From: Chamaesiphon sp.
Lineage (GTDB): Bacteria; Cyanobacteriota; Cyanobacteriia; Cyanobacteriales; Chamaesiphonaceae
Direction: 5' to 3'
DNA: 64,000 nucleotides
Assembly (NCBI GenBank): GCA_965246715.1
Contig: CBDFFH010000027.1
Span: 1-64,000 of the forward strand
The notes below the pieces were generated by a model. It was not told the origin of the DNA. It searched no databases and saw only the letters and a list, made by a program, of their open reading frames with translations. Made by a program: the position numbers and the translations under genes. Numbering within the stretch: the first letter of the stretch is position 1; every line of letters begins with the position of its first letter. Shown here piece by piece: positions 19,763 to 29,710 of this stretch.

Positions 19763-22528
19763 TCAATGAGTGATAAGGGTAAGTTCGTCAATCCGACCGT
19801 TGGTGGCTGCGGCGCGAGCTTTGCGCTCTTGCTGCTCGTCGATATTGTTAGCTGTAAGAGCCACCAACGAGGGCGGGAGATAGATCCGCGCGGGAGTAAA
19901 CAGATCGTCTATTTTGAGCAACCACTGGCTAGAGCAAGTGGCTTTATCTGGCTCAAAATCTTTTCGGGCATTATTTAATGCCAATGCTTCGGGGACTCCC
20001 AGCAAGTCGGGATTGCAATACTCAGAAAGACTGTCACCAATTCTGCCGATGAGGTGGTATGAAAGTGCGTCCTTAATTTTCTTGCCACCCGCACTACCAA
20101 ACACGCTCGTCGGCTCTTGTGCCGCAATCATCAAACGCATTCCCGCTTTAAGTCCGTTGGCGGCGACCCGCCCGACGCACAAAGATAGGGGATCGAGATC
20201 GAAGGTAATCGAAGCTTCGTCGATGAATAACAACGAACCTTTGCCACTGGCAGCGGCAATCGCTCGCCGCATCGCCGCTGCGTACATAATCGTGCCGAAG
20301 ACAGCGGCATCATCGTTGTTACTGACCCCGCGCATGGCGATCGTCATTAACGGACTATCGAGTTTGACGGTACTGGGTGAATCGATCGTTTTGCCATAAG
20401 ATCCATCGATCCAGCGTTGTAATTGTAATTGGATCGTGCCGAGGGTCTGAATGTCGTCGGCGGTTGCCTCTTTGGGATTTATCCGCTCGATCCTGCAAAA
20501 CCTCTTAAAGTCTGAGAGGATGGGATAATCTTGCCAAGCTAGAGAGCCAATCCCCCCATTAATGGCGCGTTCGTACCGGATCAAAATCCGCTCGTCTTTG
20601 AAGAAGTTTTTCAGAGCGGTGGTTAGCATCGAAATGACCTTGCTGCTACTGGTGCCCTTGAGTTCGCCCTTCCAACCCAAGACCATTGAAGTCAGAATTT
20701 GAAGGATAAACTCTTCATTCTGTCTTTTCATGTCCTCGCGCGTCTCTGGATCGATATCTTCAGCGATTAATGGTGTCTCGAAGAAGTTAATCGAATCGTT
20801 AAAGACATCGATATAAGCCCCGTTCATATATTCGGTAAAAGCCTTGAACGAACTAGCTTCCTTTGTTGGGGGTTGATCGAGAATCGTCACTGGAATTGCT
20901 TGACTCAGTGCTTTGTGAATGTTGAATGCTGCATACAAGGTTTTACCCGATCGAGTCTTGCCCCAAATGGCGGTGTGTCCCATGTGATTGAAGGGGTCGA
21001 AGTAAACGGGCGAACCTCCTTTATTCGCAATAAATTCAATTCCAGACTTATGTGCGTTAACAGTCGTTACCAACGGAAAGTAAGCCGCCACGATTTCAGG
21101 CCGTTCGCGATCGCGCCTGTCGCGGACATCCACCAGCATCGACTTGGCATAAAATGGTAGCGATGATACCCACAGCGAATCAGAAGTATCTACTTCCAGT
21201 AATACAATTGCTGGCGATCGAAAATGCGAGCAGAAGTCACGAGCGGCAAAGTACATCTGCTCTAAAGTTTCTCTGTAAACAAACATACAGAGCGAAAATT
21301 CGACACTCGTATCGCCACCGATTAACATCCGCTCTGTTTCGAGGGCTTCTTTCAGCTCCTCGTCTGCTAAAACGTCAACTTGTCCTTTTTCCTCTGTTTC
21401 TTTCTTGCGGTAGTGATTCTGGCGGATGAGTTGTTGGTTGTTGTAGCGAACGCCAAATTCTTCCGGTCTGGAGAGTTCCAGCACGATTCGATAATCGTAA
21501 GCCGAGCTAACTGCCATCAAATTTGATAAATAATGTAGTTGAACTTCTTGGTACGACTCATTAGCCGCTTCTTCAAAGACTTTGGGTTGAAGTTTTAGAA
21601 GTAGGCTACCGACATATCGACGATCGACTTTGATGTGGTCGCGATTGGAAGATGGTACCGCAGAGGGATAGCGCATCATCACGCTAGTTGGATGCAGTCG
21701 CGTCCGCACGTTTTCGCCGATCGTCCCCTTTTGCAGATTGAATTCGACGATTTGTGGTGCTGGCTCTGGTTCGAGTCCTTCTACCCGATCGTTAAACCGA
21801 TTTAGTTCCTGCCAGCAATGCTGCCAAACTTCCTCACCAGACAGGGGAGTGGCTTTGAGTTGAAGTTTATCTCTAAATAAATTAGACCACTCAAAAAAGC
21901 CCTGCTCGTAGGCATTGAGCAAAATCGCATCGATCGTTTGTTGGCGAACTTCCTCGATCGAACCCGACAATCTTTGATACCAAAGAGTACCGAATTTGAT
22001 GATTTTCTCGATGAGCTTTTGCTCTCGCGCTCCTAAATTCGGCGTAAAAGTACCCATCAAAAATACTTGGTGAGGGCGACGTTGACCGCTAATGTCGAGA
22101 TTCTGTAAAATCAACATTTCCTCAGCGATTAAGGGCTGAGATTGGGCTGATGCTGTTTCAAATTGAGCGATCAATTCATTCAGGCGAACATTACGATCTC
22201 CAAACGATTGAAATTCAACGCGCAACTTCTCACCGATCGGTAATTCGTGCCCTAGTGATGCGATCGAGTTAACGATCGATCTAGCCGCGACTTCGCCAAA
22301 ATCATCGTGAATGCCTGGGCATTCCCAAATAAATCGCAATTTATATTCTGGCTTGTCAATTTCATTACTGGTATTTAGCAATAAGGCACCAACTTGAGTA
22401 CCATTTGGAAAAGTATAATTGACGATACTCTGCAAGTGTGTTGAAGTTTCTAGAGGATAGAGCAGTTTTTTTGTGTCGCTCAAACCTTTATATTTAATTT
22501 TTCTTAGTTCTCGCTTTTGGTTTTTCAT
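19763..22528 (-). CDS. virB4: VirB4-like ATPase
   Basis: 921 aa. HTAIWGKTRSGKT, INFFE, LLFIDEA, KAGMRLMIAAQ. Confidence 0.92.
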   Translation of the reverse strand: MKNQKRELRKIKYKGLSDTKKLLYPLETSTHLQSIVNYTFPNGTQVGALLLNTSNEIDKPEYKLRFIWECPGIHDDFGEVAARSIVNSIASLGHELPIGEKLRVEFQSFGDRNVRLNELIAQFETASAQSQPLIAEEMLILQNLDISGQRRPHQVFLMGTFTPNLGAREQKLIEKIIKFGTLWYQRLSGSIEEVRQQTIDAILLNAYEQGFFEWSNLFRDKLQLKATPLSGEEVWQHCWQELNRFNDRVEGLEPEPAPQIVEFNLQKGTIGENVRTRLHPTSVMMRYPSAVPSSNRDHIKVDRRYVGSLLLKLQPKVFEEAANESYQEVQLHYLSNLMAVSSAYDYRIVLELSRPEEFGVRYNNQQLIRQNHYRKKETEEKGQVDVLADEELKEALETERMLIGGDTSVEFSLCMFVYRETLEQMYFAARDFCSHFRSPAIVLLEVDTSDSLWVSSLPFYAKSMLVDVRDRRDRERPEIVAAYFPLVTTVNAHKSGIEFIANKGGSPVYFDPFNHMGHTAIWGKTRSGKTLYAAFNIHKALSQAIPVTILDQPPTKEASSFKAFTEYMNGAYIDVFNDSINFFETPLIAEDIDPETREDMKRQNEEFILQILTSMVLGWKGELKGTSSSKVISMLTTALKNFFKDERILIRYERAINGGIGSLAWQDYPILSDFKRFCRIERINPKEATADDIQTLGTIQLQLQRWIDGSYGKTIDSPSTVKLDSPLMTIAMRGVSNNDDAAVFGTIMYAAAMRRAIAAASGKGSLLFIDEASITFDLDPLSLCVGRVAANGLKAGMRLMIAAQEPTSVFGSAGGKKIKDALSYHLIGRIGDSLSEYCNPDLLGVPEALALNNARKDFEPDKATCSSQWLLKIDDLFTPARIYLPPSLVALTANNIDEQQERKARAAATNGRIDELTLITH

Positions 22529-22577
22529 GGCGATAAATAAACTAAAGGATTTAAGCCAATAGATTCGGCAATAAGTT

Positions 22578-23051
22578 CTAAGATCTTTTCTTTGGATGAA
22601 GGTCGATCGATCGCGAAGTTAAAGCTGGCAGCGGATGAAATCGCGCCGAGGTCTGTCTTGTCTCGCTTCTTTCGGCGGGAGACCCGCCGAGCGCGAGCCG
22701 CTCCTCGGCGTGCGTTTCACCAGCGACGCATCGACCTGGAGGTTCCCTCCAGGTTGTGTGCGTCAAGACAAGCAGTGGCGAACGATAATTCAAACATCCT
22801 CTGGTATAGTTCTTTGGCTTTCTATTTCTTGCCAGTACATCTGCCATGCCATCTTTTAGTGAAAGTATGGCTGTGAAAAATAAAGTCACGAATATAGCCG
22901 TAACGATATTGGCAGGAACCTTTAAATATCCTAGAAATAGACAGAAAACTACAATTAGAGCCAAGACTATGGCGACATCGCGAGGGATACCCATCATCTT
23001 CGCTCTGCGTCTTAATGCTCGATTAACTTCGATTCGGGTCTTTCTTTCCAT
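22578..23051 (-). CDS. VirB3-like protein, C-terminus extended by repeat insertions
   Basis: VNRAL...MMGIP followed by two TMs, immediately before virB4. Confidence 0.65.
   Translation of the reverse strand: MERKTRIEVNRALRRRAKMMGIPRDVAIVLALIVVFCLFLGYLKVPANIVTAIFVTLFFTAILSLKDGMADVLARNRKPKNYTRGCLNYRSPLLVLTHTTWREPPGRCVAGETHAEERLALGGSPAERSETRQTSARFHPLPALTSRSIDLHPKKRS
22625..22770. repeat. Nested GC-rich hairpin repeats
   Basis: TCGGCGGG-AGA-CCCGCCGA and ACCTGGAGG-TTC-CCTCCAGGT inside GTCTTG...CAAGAC. Confidence 0.7.
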
Positions 23052-23069
23052 GAATAGATACCGCTTAAA

Positions 23070-23516
23070 TTATGCGCCTGTGAACATAAAGGTAACGATC
23101 CGATCTGTCGCAATTACCAGAATTACGAGGACGATAATGTTTAACATCGGCTTGACTACACCAGAAAAGTTTTCTCGATCGTATTCCTGATATCCCAGGT
23201 AAGCTTGCCAGATTGCAATACCGCCGACTATCAGCAATACAGACCAAGGGATCAGATTGACAATGGCAGTAAACAGAGTCGTAAATAGTGGCCCTGCTAC
23301 TGGAAATCCAGCCATGATCGTGGCAATCTTGGTAGTCGATACTGTTACGAAAGCATCGTAGATTGGGGCGGCATCAGCTTTAGGAGCCAAGTTCCATCCC
23401 CATATAATTGGGGACAAACAGGAAATCAAGGCATACTGAATGTACTTCCAAGAAATTCTATTTCTAGGTTTGCTTAATGAATTGGCGTGGTTCATGATGG
23501 CACTGTATGTTGTCAA
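23070..23516 (-). CDS. VirB2/pilin-like protein
   Basis: Long leader with ADA/A site and hydrophobic helices. First gene of the operon. Confidence 0.65.
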   Translation of the reverse strand: MTTYSAIMNHANSLSKPRNRISWKYIQYALISCLSPIIWGWNLAPKADAAPIYDAFVTVSTTKIATIMAGFPVAGPLFTTLFTAIVNLIPWSVLLIVGGIAIWQAYLGYQEYDRENFSGVVKPMLNIIVLVILVIATDRIVTFMFTGA

Positions 23517-23788
23517 AGAATATAAGTTTCGACTCGATTCGTTCGAGTAATTACAGATCGAGCGATAATAGCTTTTGCATAAAAAATTTAGATTGCGATC
23601 GCCATTAACCCAAAATCAGTTGACAGACAATCGAATGATAACAGCCATATATCGAGTAGAATAAGCTTGACTTGATTAGCTGGTCAGGTTAAACTTATCC
23701 CCTCTTTTATCCGCATGAGATTATAGACGATCGACAAAAATAATCAAGGTTAAATCGAACAAGAAACAAAAGTTTGCAATTTACAAAA

Positions 23789-23832
23789 AATGGAGTAGTT
23801 ATTCAGTTGTTTAGCTGAATAACTACTCCATT
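23789..23832 (-). terminator. Intrinsic terminator-like hairpin
   Basis: Perfect 18-bp IR AATGGAGTAGTTATTCAG with 8-nt loop, ending in a T-run on the minus strand, downstream of vapC. Confidence 0.7.
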
Positions 23833-23934
23833 CAAGGTGTAGGCATTTTCGATCGATGTTGGGCGCGATCTGACGATCGCCCAATCTCCGTCAAGTTTCT
23901 TTGAGTTAGTAGCGACGGTTCCCGAATTTGGCAA

Positions 23935-24399
23935 CTATCGATTTAGATTTTTGCCTGACGCTAATCCCGATCTGGCTCTTTGACTCGCGGACATTCTATT
24001 GGTGTTGCCTTCGTCCGATTCATTGAGGAGAATTTCCACATCACGATCTACCAGATCTGGGTTAGCAGTAACGAGGGTCATACCCTCGACTCGTGCTTGA
24101 GCCAGCAGGATCAGATCGAATCGATCTAGCGGCAAAGTTGCTAGTTTCAGCACTTGATCCGCTCGAATATCCAAAAATTGTGCCCGCAACTTTTTCATCC
24201 GACTGGCAAGATACGAATCGATCGGTTCGGGCAACGATAACGTTCCTAGTGATACCTTAATCGTTAGCTCGCACGCGCTGGCAACCGAAAACCAGATTGA
24301 GTTAGTTTCGTCAGAGATGGCGGCAATTGTTTCCGCACTCAAGCAATCTGGTTCGACAAACCACCACAAAAAACACTGGGCATCGATTAGTATTTTCAC
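23935..24399 (-). CDS. vapC: VapC PIN toxin (degenerate)
   Basis: ILIDAQCFLWW, SVASACELTIK, FD.ILLAQA..E.MTLVTAN. Confidence 0.8.
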   Translation of the reverse strand: MKILIDAQCFLWWFVEPDCLSAETIAAISDETNSIWFSVASACELTIKVSLGTLSLPEPIDSYLASRMKKLRAQFLDIRADQVLKLATLPLDRFDLILLAQARVEGMTLVTANPDLVDRDVEILLNESDEGNTNRMSASQRARSGLASGKNLNR

Positions 24400-24450
24400 T
24401 CGCGATTTATTCCTTCTTCTTGTTTAGCTGGAATACTAGGAAAGTCGGGT

Positions 24451-24669
24451 TTATAAATAAGGGGGAAGTGGGTTTTTGAAACTGGAGGGGATAAAATATA
24501 AGCCGCGATCTACACCCATACTGCGACTGCGCGATCGCTTATTTTCCACTGGAACTAACCTAGCAACTGCGACACCGCGATTGGCGATGATTATCTCTTC
24601 CCCCAGCTCCACGCGGGATAATAATTTGGAGAACTGGGATTTAGCGTTATAAATGGTAAATGTATTCAT
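24451..24669 (-). CDS. Phd/YefM antitoxin
   Basis: TIYNAKSQFSKLLSRVELGEEIIIANRGVAVARLVP. Confidence 0.85.
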   Translation of the reverse strand: MNTFTIYNAKSQFSKLLSRVELGEEIIIANRGVAVARLVPVENKRSRSRSMGVDRGLYFIPSSFKNPLPPYL

Positions 24670-25087
24670 CTCGATTGCAAGCAATTAGATTTCTAACTTA
24701 TTATAGAACAAAAATACTAATATTTTGTCAAAAGACATGGACATCGAGAGCGTACAGAGAAAATTGTACTCATCATCCGTGAGAATTTGTGCATCGTTAA
24801 ACCACGATCGGGATGATAAGGGAATCTCTTCTTCCACTCGGTTCGATCGGCATTCATGACTGTCATGTTTTGAATTGACTCTATAATTTGGACGATCGAC
24901 AGGTTAATTCTCTTTGGAAAATTGACTCCGCCACCCCAGTGCCAATCGTGAAGTTTCTGTCACTCGTTTGCTAGGCCGCGCTCGATCTCGTATTTGTAGC
25001 TCGGAGTAATTCAAAAATAGCGAATCATACCGCAATTTAGTAACGTCGAATTTAGGCTTGCTAGTATCTGGCATTAATTGTACTGAC

Positions 25088-25798
25088 TCACGACCTTTCC
25101 AAATAACCATCTTCCATATAAATAATCCGATCTGCTAGATCGAGAATCCGATTGTCATGAGTCACGAGTAGAATCGTACAACCCCGTTCTTTTGCTAGTT
25201 TCTCCATGATTTCCACCACATCTCGTCCCGACTGCTTATCTAGTGCTGCTGTTGGCTCGTCGGCGAGAATAATTTTCGGCTGACTGACTAGCGCACGGGC
25301 GATCGCCACCCGCTGTTTTTGACCGCCGGATAAGTCGCTCGGATAATAGTCCATGCGATGGTCTAAACCTACGGCGGTTAATACCTGCCGAATCCGCCGA
25401 TCTGCTTCAGCCGCCGTTACATCCTGGATTTCCAGTGCCATCTCGACATTTTGATAGGCGGTGAGGAAATTCAAAAGGTTGTGAGCTTGAAATATATAAC
25501 CAATATCGCGACGCGCCAGGGTCATCTGCTCTTTGCTGGCGTTGGCTAACTCATTACCCAAGATGCTCAAACTTCCTTCCTGGACCGATCGCAAACTTCC
25601 CATCAGCGTTAATAATGTGGTCTTTCCCGAACCCGATGGGCCTGTCATAATTACGATCTCACCCCGATCGATTTGCAGATCGATGTCAAATAAGACCTGT
25701 TTTTGAAGCGAGCCGCGACCGTAGTAATGATTTAGACGGCTAATGGCGATCGCTGTTTGAGTCGGAGCCATGACAGACATTTCAGACAATTGAGACAT
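25088..25798 (-). CDS. devA: DevA-family ABC ATPase
   Basis: GPSGSGKTT, LSGGQKQRVAIARAL, ILADEPT, GCTILLVTHDNRIL. Confidence 0.93.
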   Translation of the reverse strand: MSQLSEMSVMAPTQTAIAISRLNHYYGRGSLQKQVLFDIDLQIDRGEIVIMTGPSGSGKTTLLTLMGSLRSVQEGSLSILGNELANASKEQMTLARRDIGYIFQAHNLLNFLTAYQNVEMALEIQDVTAAEADRRIRQVLTAVGLDHRMDYYPSDLSGGQKQRVAIARALVSQPKIILADEPTAALDKQSGRDVVEIMEKLAKERGCTILLVTHDNRILDLADRIIYMEDGYLERS

Positions 25799-25807
25799 GT
25801 TTACCTC

Positions 25808-27046
25808 CTAGAAAATATCGGCAGGATCGGCAGTTTGCAGCTTCCGCACGGCGATCGCGGCTGAAGATGAACTCATGATGGCAGTGAGGATAAAAACGAA
25901 CGCAATTCGCCCCAAATCCATTGCCATCGGTAGCTTCGTGGCAATATTGGTAATCTGATAGATGCCCAAAGCGATCGCCACACCTGGCATGAATGCCAGT
26001 ATTGCCAAAATTAACGACTCTTGAAAAACGACGATGAGTAGATAGCGATCTCGAAATCCCATCGCCTTGAGCGTGGCATATTCCGGCAAATGATCGGTCA
26101 CATCGCTGTAGAGAATCTGATAAACAATTACAGCACCCACAATAAAAGCAATGACCACACCCAAATCGAAGGTATAACCGACAGGCGTACTCGCCTTCCA
26201 AAACGACACCTCCGCTCGTTCGTAATCAGATCTGGTCATCACTTTGACATCATCAGGCAACCGCGATCGCATCTGAGTTAAAACAGCTTGCACATCTACC
26301 CCAGGCTTGAGCTTAATTACCCCCACATCGATTAATCCCCCTTGGCGATTGGCATCCATCCGTAAAAAGTTGACATCGCTCGTCACTAGGTAAGCATTAA
26401 TCCCAAAAGTCGGGCTGAGATTAAATAAGCCCCGCACCTGCACTTGGCGTTGGTTAATTTCGGTAATTACTGACTCTCCTGCCTCAAAACGTTGGGCGAT
26501 CGGGCCAAATTCTTGACGAGAACCCAGGTTGAATAAGGCGGTATCCGGTTCGCGCAATTTCTGGCGATTGGCTTCCACACCAGGGATATTCAGGACTTGA
26601 TGTTCGGGGTTGATGCCGATCGCATAAATACTCCAGATCTCTTTGTTGTAGGGATTGCGCCACTGAATGGCATTGAGATAGATCGGACTGACAGATGCAA
26701 CACCCGCTACACCTGCTGCCTGATACAGCCGCCGCTCGGTAAACCTGTCGAGAGAAATCAACGCGCGCGATCGACTGCTCGTCATCACGATTTCACCGTT
26801 GAGGCTATGGTGAAATTCCACCGCGCTACTAAACAATGCGCCCTGAAAGCCCATTTGCAGAAACATCAGCACATCGGCAAAGCTAATCCCCGCGATCGCG
26901 ACTAACAGCTTCGTCCGTTCTTTGCGTAATTGCAACCAGGACAAAAATAGCGGTTTCTTCTTTTTGCCAATCTGCTCCGGTTGCTGGCGATTGTTGGCGG
27001 AGCCTCTGCTTTGCCGAATTGTCTCATCCCGAATTATCCGAGCCAT
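25808..27046 (-). CDS. devC: DevC-family ABC permease
   Basis: LSWLQL..E.TKLLVAIAGISFADVLMF, YQILYSDVTDHLPEYATLKAMG, ADPADIF. Confidence 0.93.
   Translation of the reverse strand: MARIIRDETIRQSRGSANNRQQPEQIGKKKKPLFLSWLQLRKERTKLLVAIAGISFADVLMFLQMGFQGALFSSAVEFHHSLNGEIVMTSSRSRALISLDRFTERRLYQAAGVAGVASVSPIYLNAIQWRNPYNKEIWSIYAIGINPEHQVLNIPGVEANRQKLREPDTALFNLGSRQEFGPIAQRFEAGESVITEINQRQVQVRGLFNLSPTFGINAYLVTSDVNFLRMDANRQGGLIDVGVIKLKPGVDVQAVLTQMRSRLPDDVKVMTRSDYERAEVSFWKASTPVGYTFDLGVVIAFIVGAVIVYQILYSDVTDHLPEYATLKAMGFRDRYLLIVVFQESLILAILAFMPGVAIALGIYQITNIATKLPMAMDLGRIAFVFILTAIMSSSSAAIAVRKLQTADPADIF
26994..27017 (+). repeat. 24-nt small dispersed repeat (devC 5' end)
   Basis: TTGGCGGAGCCTCTGCTTTGCCGA. 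Confidence 0.7.
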
Positions 27047-27055
27047 ATTATTTCC

Positions 27056-28480
27056 TCAAGATTTGACATCGATCGCTACTTGAATGCTTAAATTAGTCAG
27101 ACCTGCCACCCGACGGCTAGAAGGCTCGTCCAATAGCACTTTGACCTCTACCACCCGCGCATCAAATTTGGCGGCTGGATCGGTATTTAAGACATCTTTT
27201 TTGTTAATTTCTAATCCGACTTCAACCACCTTGCCGTGCAGCACATCGGAGAAGGCGTTATTCTTGCTGGTGACAGTTGCATTCTGTCCCGATCGAATCC
27301 GGCTTAGATCCAATTCATAAACCTCTGCTACAGCGACCATCCGATCGGTTTGTCCCAGACTGATAATGCCGTCATTACCAACCCGTTCGCCAGCGCGAGT
27401 ATGGATTTTGAGGACTTTCCCCGCTTGAGGCGAGCGCACTATTGTCGCATCGAGATTCGCTTGAGCTTGGGCTACATTTGCTTGGGCTTGGGCTACTTGC
27501 GATCGAGCGACTGTGACATCTACCGGACGCACTTCGGCAATTTTATTGAGGGTAAATTGACTTTCCTTTACCTGTTGCGCCGTCGATGTTTCGATCTTCC
27601 GCAAATTAGCTTTGGCTTCATTTATTTGCTGTTGTCCCGATGTTTGAATCCGACGTAAGTTAGCTTTGGCTTCATCGATCTGGTGCTTGCCAGAATCTGT
27701 AATGCGATTCAAATTAGCTTTGGCTTGATTGACTTTTTGCTGGGCTGTCTGAGCGGTTAACCGTTTGCTATCACGGATCGATGCCGTAATTACGCCCTGC
27801 TGATACAGGGTGGCATAACGGTTGTACTCCAACTGCGCGTTGTCGAGTCCCGCTTGTGATTCGGCGATCGCTGCTTTCTGTGCGTCGATTTGGGTGGCGG
27901 TTTCGGCGATGACCTTTGCCACAGTCGCCTGTTGCGATGCGGTTTGCGTGGTTGTCTCCGCGATGACTCTAGCTAGCGTCGCTTGCTGTGCGGCTGTCTG
28001 GGTATCCCGTTCGGCTTGAAACCTACCGATCGTCGCTTGCTGAGCTTGAATCTCGCCCTGCTTGGCTCCAGCCTCCACTTGGGCTAACTTCGATCGGGCA
28101 ACTCCTAGCTCTTCTTGTGTCGATCGCACCGCCGACTGACGACGGGCATAAGTATCCAGCACTGCGATAATATCCCCTTTGCGAACCTGCTGACCGTGGC
28201 TGACTTTGAGGCTTTCTACCCGCGCTCCTTCTGTGGCTGTGGGCGCAAATACATGGATCGTAGTGCCTTCTGGTTCCAATCTTCCGAGGGCAGATACTGT
28301 CTCAGCTATAGGTTTAGCAGCTACAGCGATTCTCCAAGGGAGAGGCTTCGCCAACGGTTGTGGCAGTGGTTGAATCCGCCACTGTCGATAAGCTACGCCA
28401 CTACCAATCGCCAGCAAACCACCTACCCCCAGCAGGATTCCCCAGTGGGGCGATCGCCATTTTGCTTTTCGATTCTCCAT
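27056..28480 (-). CDS. devB: DevB/HlyD membrane-fusion protein
   Basis: VSALGRLEPEG, coiled coil, VAEVYE, DARVVEVKV. Confidence 0.9.
   Translation of the reverse strand: MENRKAKWRSPHWGILLGVGGLLAIGSGVAYRQWRIQPLPQPLAKPLPWRIAVAAKPIAETVSALGRLEPEGTTIHVFAPTATEGARVESLKVSHGQQVRKGDIIAVLDTYARRQSAVRSTQEELGVARSKLAQVEAGAKQGEIQAQQATIGRFQAERDTQTAAQQATLARVIAETTTQTASQQATVAKVIAETATQIDAQKAAIAESQAGLDNAQLEYNRYATLYQQGVITASIRDSKRLTAQTAQQKVNQAKANLNRITDSGKHQIDEAKANLRRIQTSGQQQINEAKANLRKIETSTAQQVKESQFTLNKIAEVRPVDVTVARSQVAQAQANVAQAQANLDATIVRSPQAGKVLKIHTRAGERVGNDGIISLGQTDRMVAVAEVYELDLSRIRSGQNATVTSKNNAFSDVLHGKVVEVGLEINKKDVLNTDPAAKFDARVVEVKVLLDEPSSRRVAGLTNLSIQVAIDVKS
28331..28354 (-). repeat. 24-nt small dispersed repeat in CG|ATCGC (devB)
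   Basis: TTGGCGAAGCCTCTCCCTTGGAGA. Confidence 0.85.
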
Positions 28481-28540
28481 TAGTATCAAGAACAGATGAG
28501 TAAATTTCAATCCAATTATTGTGCAAACGAACAGCTATAC

Positions 28541-29011
28541 TCAAAGCCAACGTCTTACACTCGCCTTATAACGCAAATATTCATCGCCAAATTTACGTTC
28601 TAAATAAATCTCTTCACGCTTGACGATGCCGATTTGAACGACGAATAACAGGGGTAATAACAGCAGCAATGCCCAGAGCGAACCTAATAGCAACGCGATC
28701 GCACTATAAAGTAGCGTTAAAGACAAATAAATTGGGTTGCGGCTCCAACTGAAAACTCCATCAGAAACGATCGCCGTTGTCGGCTGTGAAGGGTTAACTG
28801 CTGTCTGTGCGAGGCGCATAGCTCGAAAAGCTGAAATTGCGATCGATCCCGCGCCAATAATTGCTATTGCGCCCAAAATTAGGGAGATCGATCGCGGTAA
28901 AAAGTCGATCGGAAATACGAAACTAAGTACTAATCCAACTAATAACGTTCCAGTATAAAGTGCTGGTGGAAAAGCAATTACTCCTGGATTGTCTAATATT
29001 TCTTCTGACAT
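28541..29011 (-). CDS. Isoprenylcysteine carboxylmethyltransferase/PEMT-family protein
   Basis: SRNPIY, REEIYLERKFGDEYLRYKASVRRWL. Confidence 0.9.
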   Translation of the reverse strand: MSEEILDNPGVIAFPPALYTGTLLVGLVLSFVFPIDFLPRSISLILGAIAIIGAGSIAISAFRAMRLAQTAVNPSQPTTAIVSDGVFSWSRNPIYLSLTLLYSAIALLLGSLWALLLLLPLLFVVQIGIVKREEIYLERKFGDEYLRYKASVRRWL

Positions 29012-29067
29012 TTTGACTTGCCTTTTTATAAAATTTTTTGTTCGCTATGGTGTTTGTATACAGACTC

Positions 29068-29706
29068 CTAAGCTTTCTGTAGAGCCGTCAGTTGTTCGGC
29101 AATTACTTTGGTATTAATTTCATCAGTCTTCGCTGCTTGCCAATAAGTATCGAGCTTTTGATACTTACCGATGAGATCCGGTTGTCCGAAGTTCGATATC
29201 AGCACATTGACTACATTGAGTATGGGCACGAGGGCACAATCAGCGATCGACGGTCGATCGCCTACAGCCCAGACATCCCCACTCAGATAACGGTCGAGAT
29301 AGGACAAGCCTCGATCGATCGCTTCAAATTGTGTTTTCACCTCTTCCCGATCGCGCTTGGCTGGATCTCGCATATCTCTTAAAGTAAAGATGGACGGTCG
29401 AAGATAAAAATCTGGGAGGCGGAGGAACAAACGGGCATGAGCTAATTCCAGCGGATCGATCGGACGCAAAGATGGTGTTGGGAAGACATCTTCTAGATAT
29501 TCAAGGATCGTGGCCGATTCTGGGATTGCCGCTCCAGAGTCCAATAGCAGTAGCGGAATCTGACCCATTGGATTTAAGGCTAAATAGGCAGCACTTTTAA
29601 TACCGCTTTCGGGTGGTGGGACGATCTCAATATTTAAACCTTTGCGATAGATCGATAACCGGACACGCGCGGCAAAGGGTGAAAGCGGAACACTGTAGAG
29701 TTTCAT
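29068..29706 (-). CDS. Glutathione S-transferase
   Basis: SPFAARVR, NPMGQIP, ESATILEYLE, SIADC. Confidence 0.9.
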   Translation of the reverse strand: MKLYSVPLSPFAARVRLSIYRKGLNIEIVPPPESGIKSAAYLALNPMGQIPLLLLDSGAAIPESATILEYLEDVFPTPSLRPIDPLELAHARLFLRLPDFYLRPSIFTLRDMRDPAKRDREEVKTQFEAIDRGLSYLDRYLSGDVWAVGDRPSIADCALVPILNVVNVLISNFGQPDLIGKYQKLDTYWQAAKTDEINTKVIAEQLTALQKA

Positions 29707-29710
29707 CAAA

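Noticed and set aside
24735..25087. Possible right boundary (att site) of the conjugative element
   Set aside because: No tRNA, integrase or matching direct repeat found in the window.
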